Assembly (NCBI GenBank): GCA_049997795.1
Contig: JBEKVT010000001.1
Location: 101,067-165,066 of the forward strand
DNA from: Minisyncoccia bacterium
GTDB taxonomy: Bacteria; Patescibacteriota; Minisyncoccia; Phycocordibacterales; PALSA-1337
Reading direction: 5' to 3'
Length of the DNA stretch: 64,000 nt
Shown here: piece by piece, positions 63,795-64,000 of the stretch
How positions within the stretch are numbered: position 1 is the stretch's first letter
How the letters are laid out: every line of letters begins with the position of its first letter
Notes under the pieces: generated by a model
Database searches by the model: none
Seen by the model: only the letters and a program-made list of their open reading frames with translations
What the model was told of the DNA's origin: nothing
Position numbers and translations under genes: made by a program

Positions 63795-64000
63795 CATCCG
63801 ACCGCATCTACCGCCTTCAGAAGCTCGATGAACCCTGGCATATTGACGCTCTCGCGGCCGACCAGGAGGCCATCCACCTTGCCGATCCTCACGATGTCCT
63901 GGGCATTCCTAAAATTCACCGCCCCGCCGTAAAGAACCCTGACCCGGAGGCCGGCCTCATGCCCGAAGATGTCGGCGAAGGCTTTCTTGACGAAGATGGA
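63795..64000 (-). CDS. tpiA: Triose-phosphate isomerase, C-terminal part (partial; continues beyond the window end)
   Basis: Manual translation ...LYGGAVNFRNAQDIVRIGKVDGLLVGRESVNMPGFIELLKAVDAVG* matches the TIM C-terminus. The stop TGA is at 63797..63795. Confidence 0.8.

Noticed and set aside
1-64000. CRISPR arrays or cas genes
   Set aside because: No regularly spaced direct repeats were seen on reading the window. The only repeat families are the TR/VR pair, the two terminator-bearing copies near 17 kb and the comEC-upstream motif.

Overview
This 64-kb window is a high-GC chromosomal segment that looks like a CPR/Patescibacteria-type bacterium. Most of it is the str/S10/spc ribosomal-protein superoperon on the minus strand (rpsL-rpsG-fusA ... 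tuf-rpsJ-rplC-rplD-rplW-rplB ... rpsS-rplV-rpsC-rplP-rpmC-rpsQ-rplN-rplX-rplE ... rpsZ-rpsH-rplF-rplR-rpsE-rplO-secY-adk-map-ndk). L30 is absent and many r-proteins carry N- or C-terminal extensions, which fits CPR. The operon is interrupted three times:

- A low-GC Fic/Doc island with its own consensus, leaderless promoter sits between fusA and tuf.
- A ~7.5-kb insertion between rplB and rpsS carries a sensor histidine kinase, a MacAB/HlyD-type tripartite ABC efflux set, and a complete diversity-generating retroelement (DGR): Brt-like reverse transcriptase, an Avd-like four-helix-bundle gene on the opposite strand, a 122-nt template repeat, and a cognate variable repeat at the C-terminus of a small cytoplasmic HhH-domain target protein. 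A G10/C10 homopolymer lies inside the RT 5' coding region.
- A ~2-kb insertion between rpsZ and rplE carries a holin-like protein, an opposite-strand ORF, a PRTase and a metallopeptidase.

The window also contains the following:

- Genes: pilM (partial) and comF; tyrS, tatC, recG, ftsH; smpB; infC-rpmI-rplT; a comEC split into two genes; sodA-like; rnhA with a hybrid-binding domain; recJ; pgk and tpiA (partial).
- RNA genes: tRNA-Ser(GCU), tRNA-Ile(UAU) and tmRNA (ssrA).
- Non-coding elements: a candidate riboswitch-like leader/ncRNA, two copies of a ~100-bp terminator-bearing intergenic repeat, a 32-bp perfect palindrome embedded in-frame in comF, and a three-hairpin structured spacer between rpsJ and rplC.

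No CRISPR array was seen.
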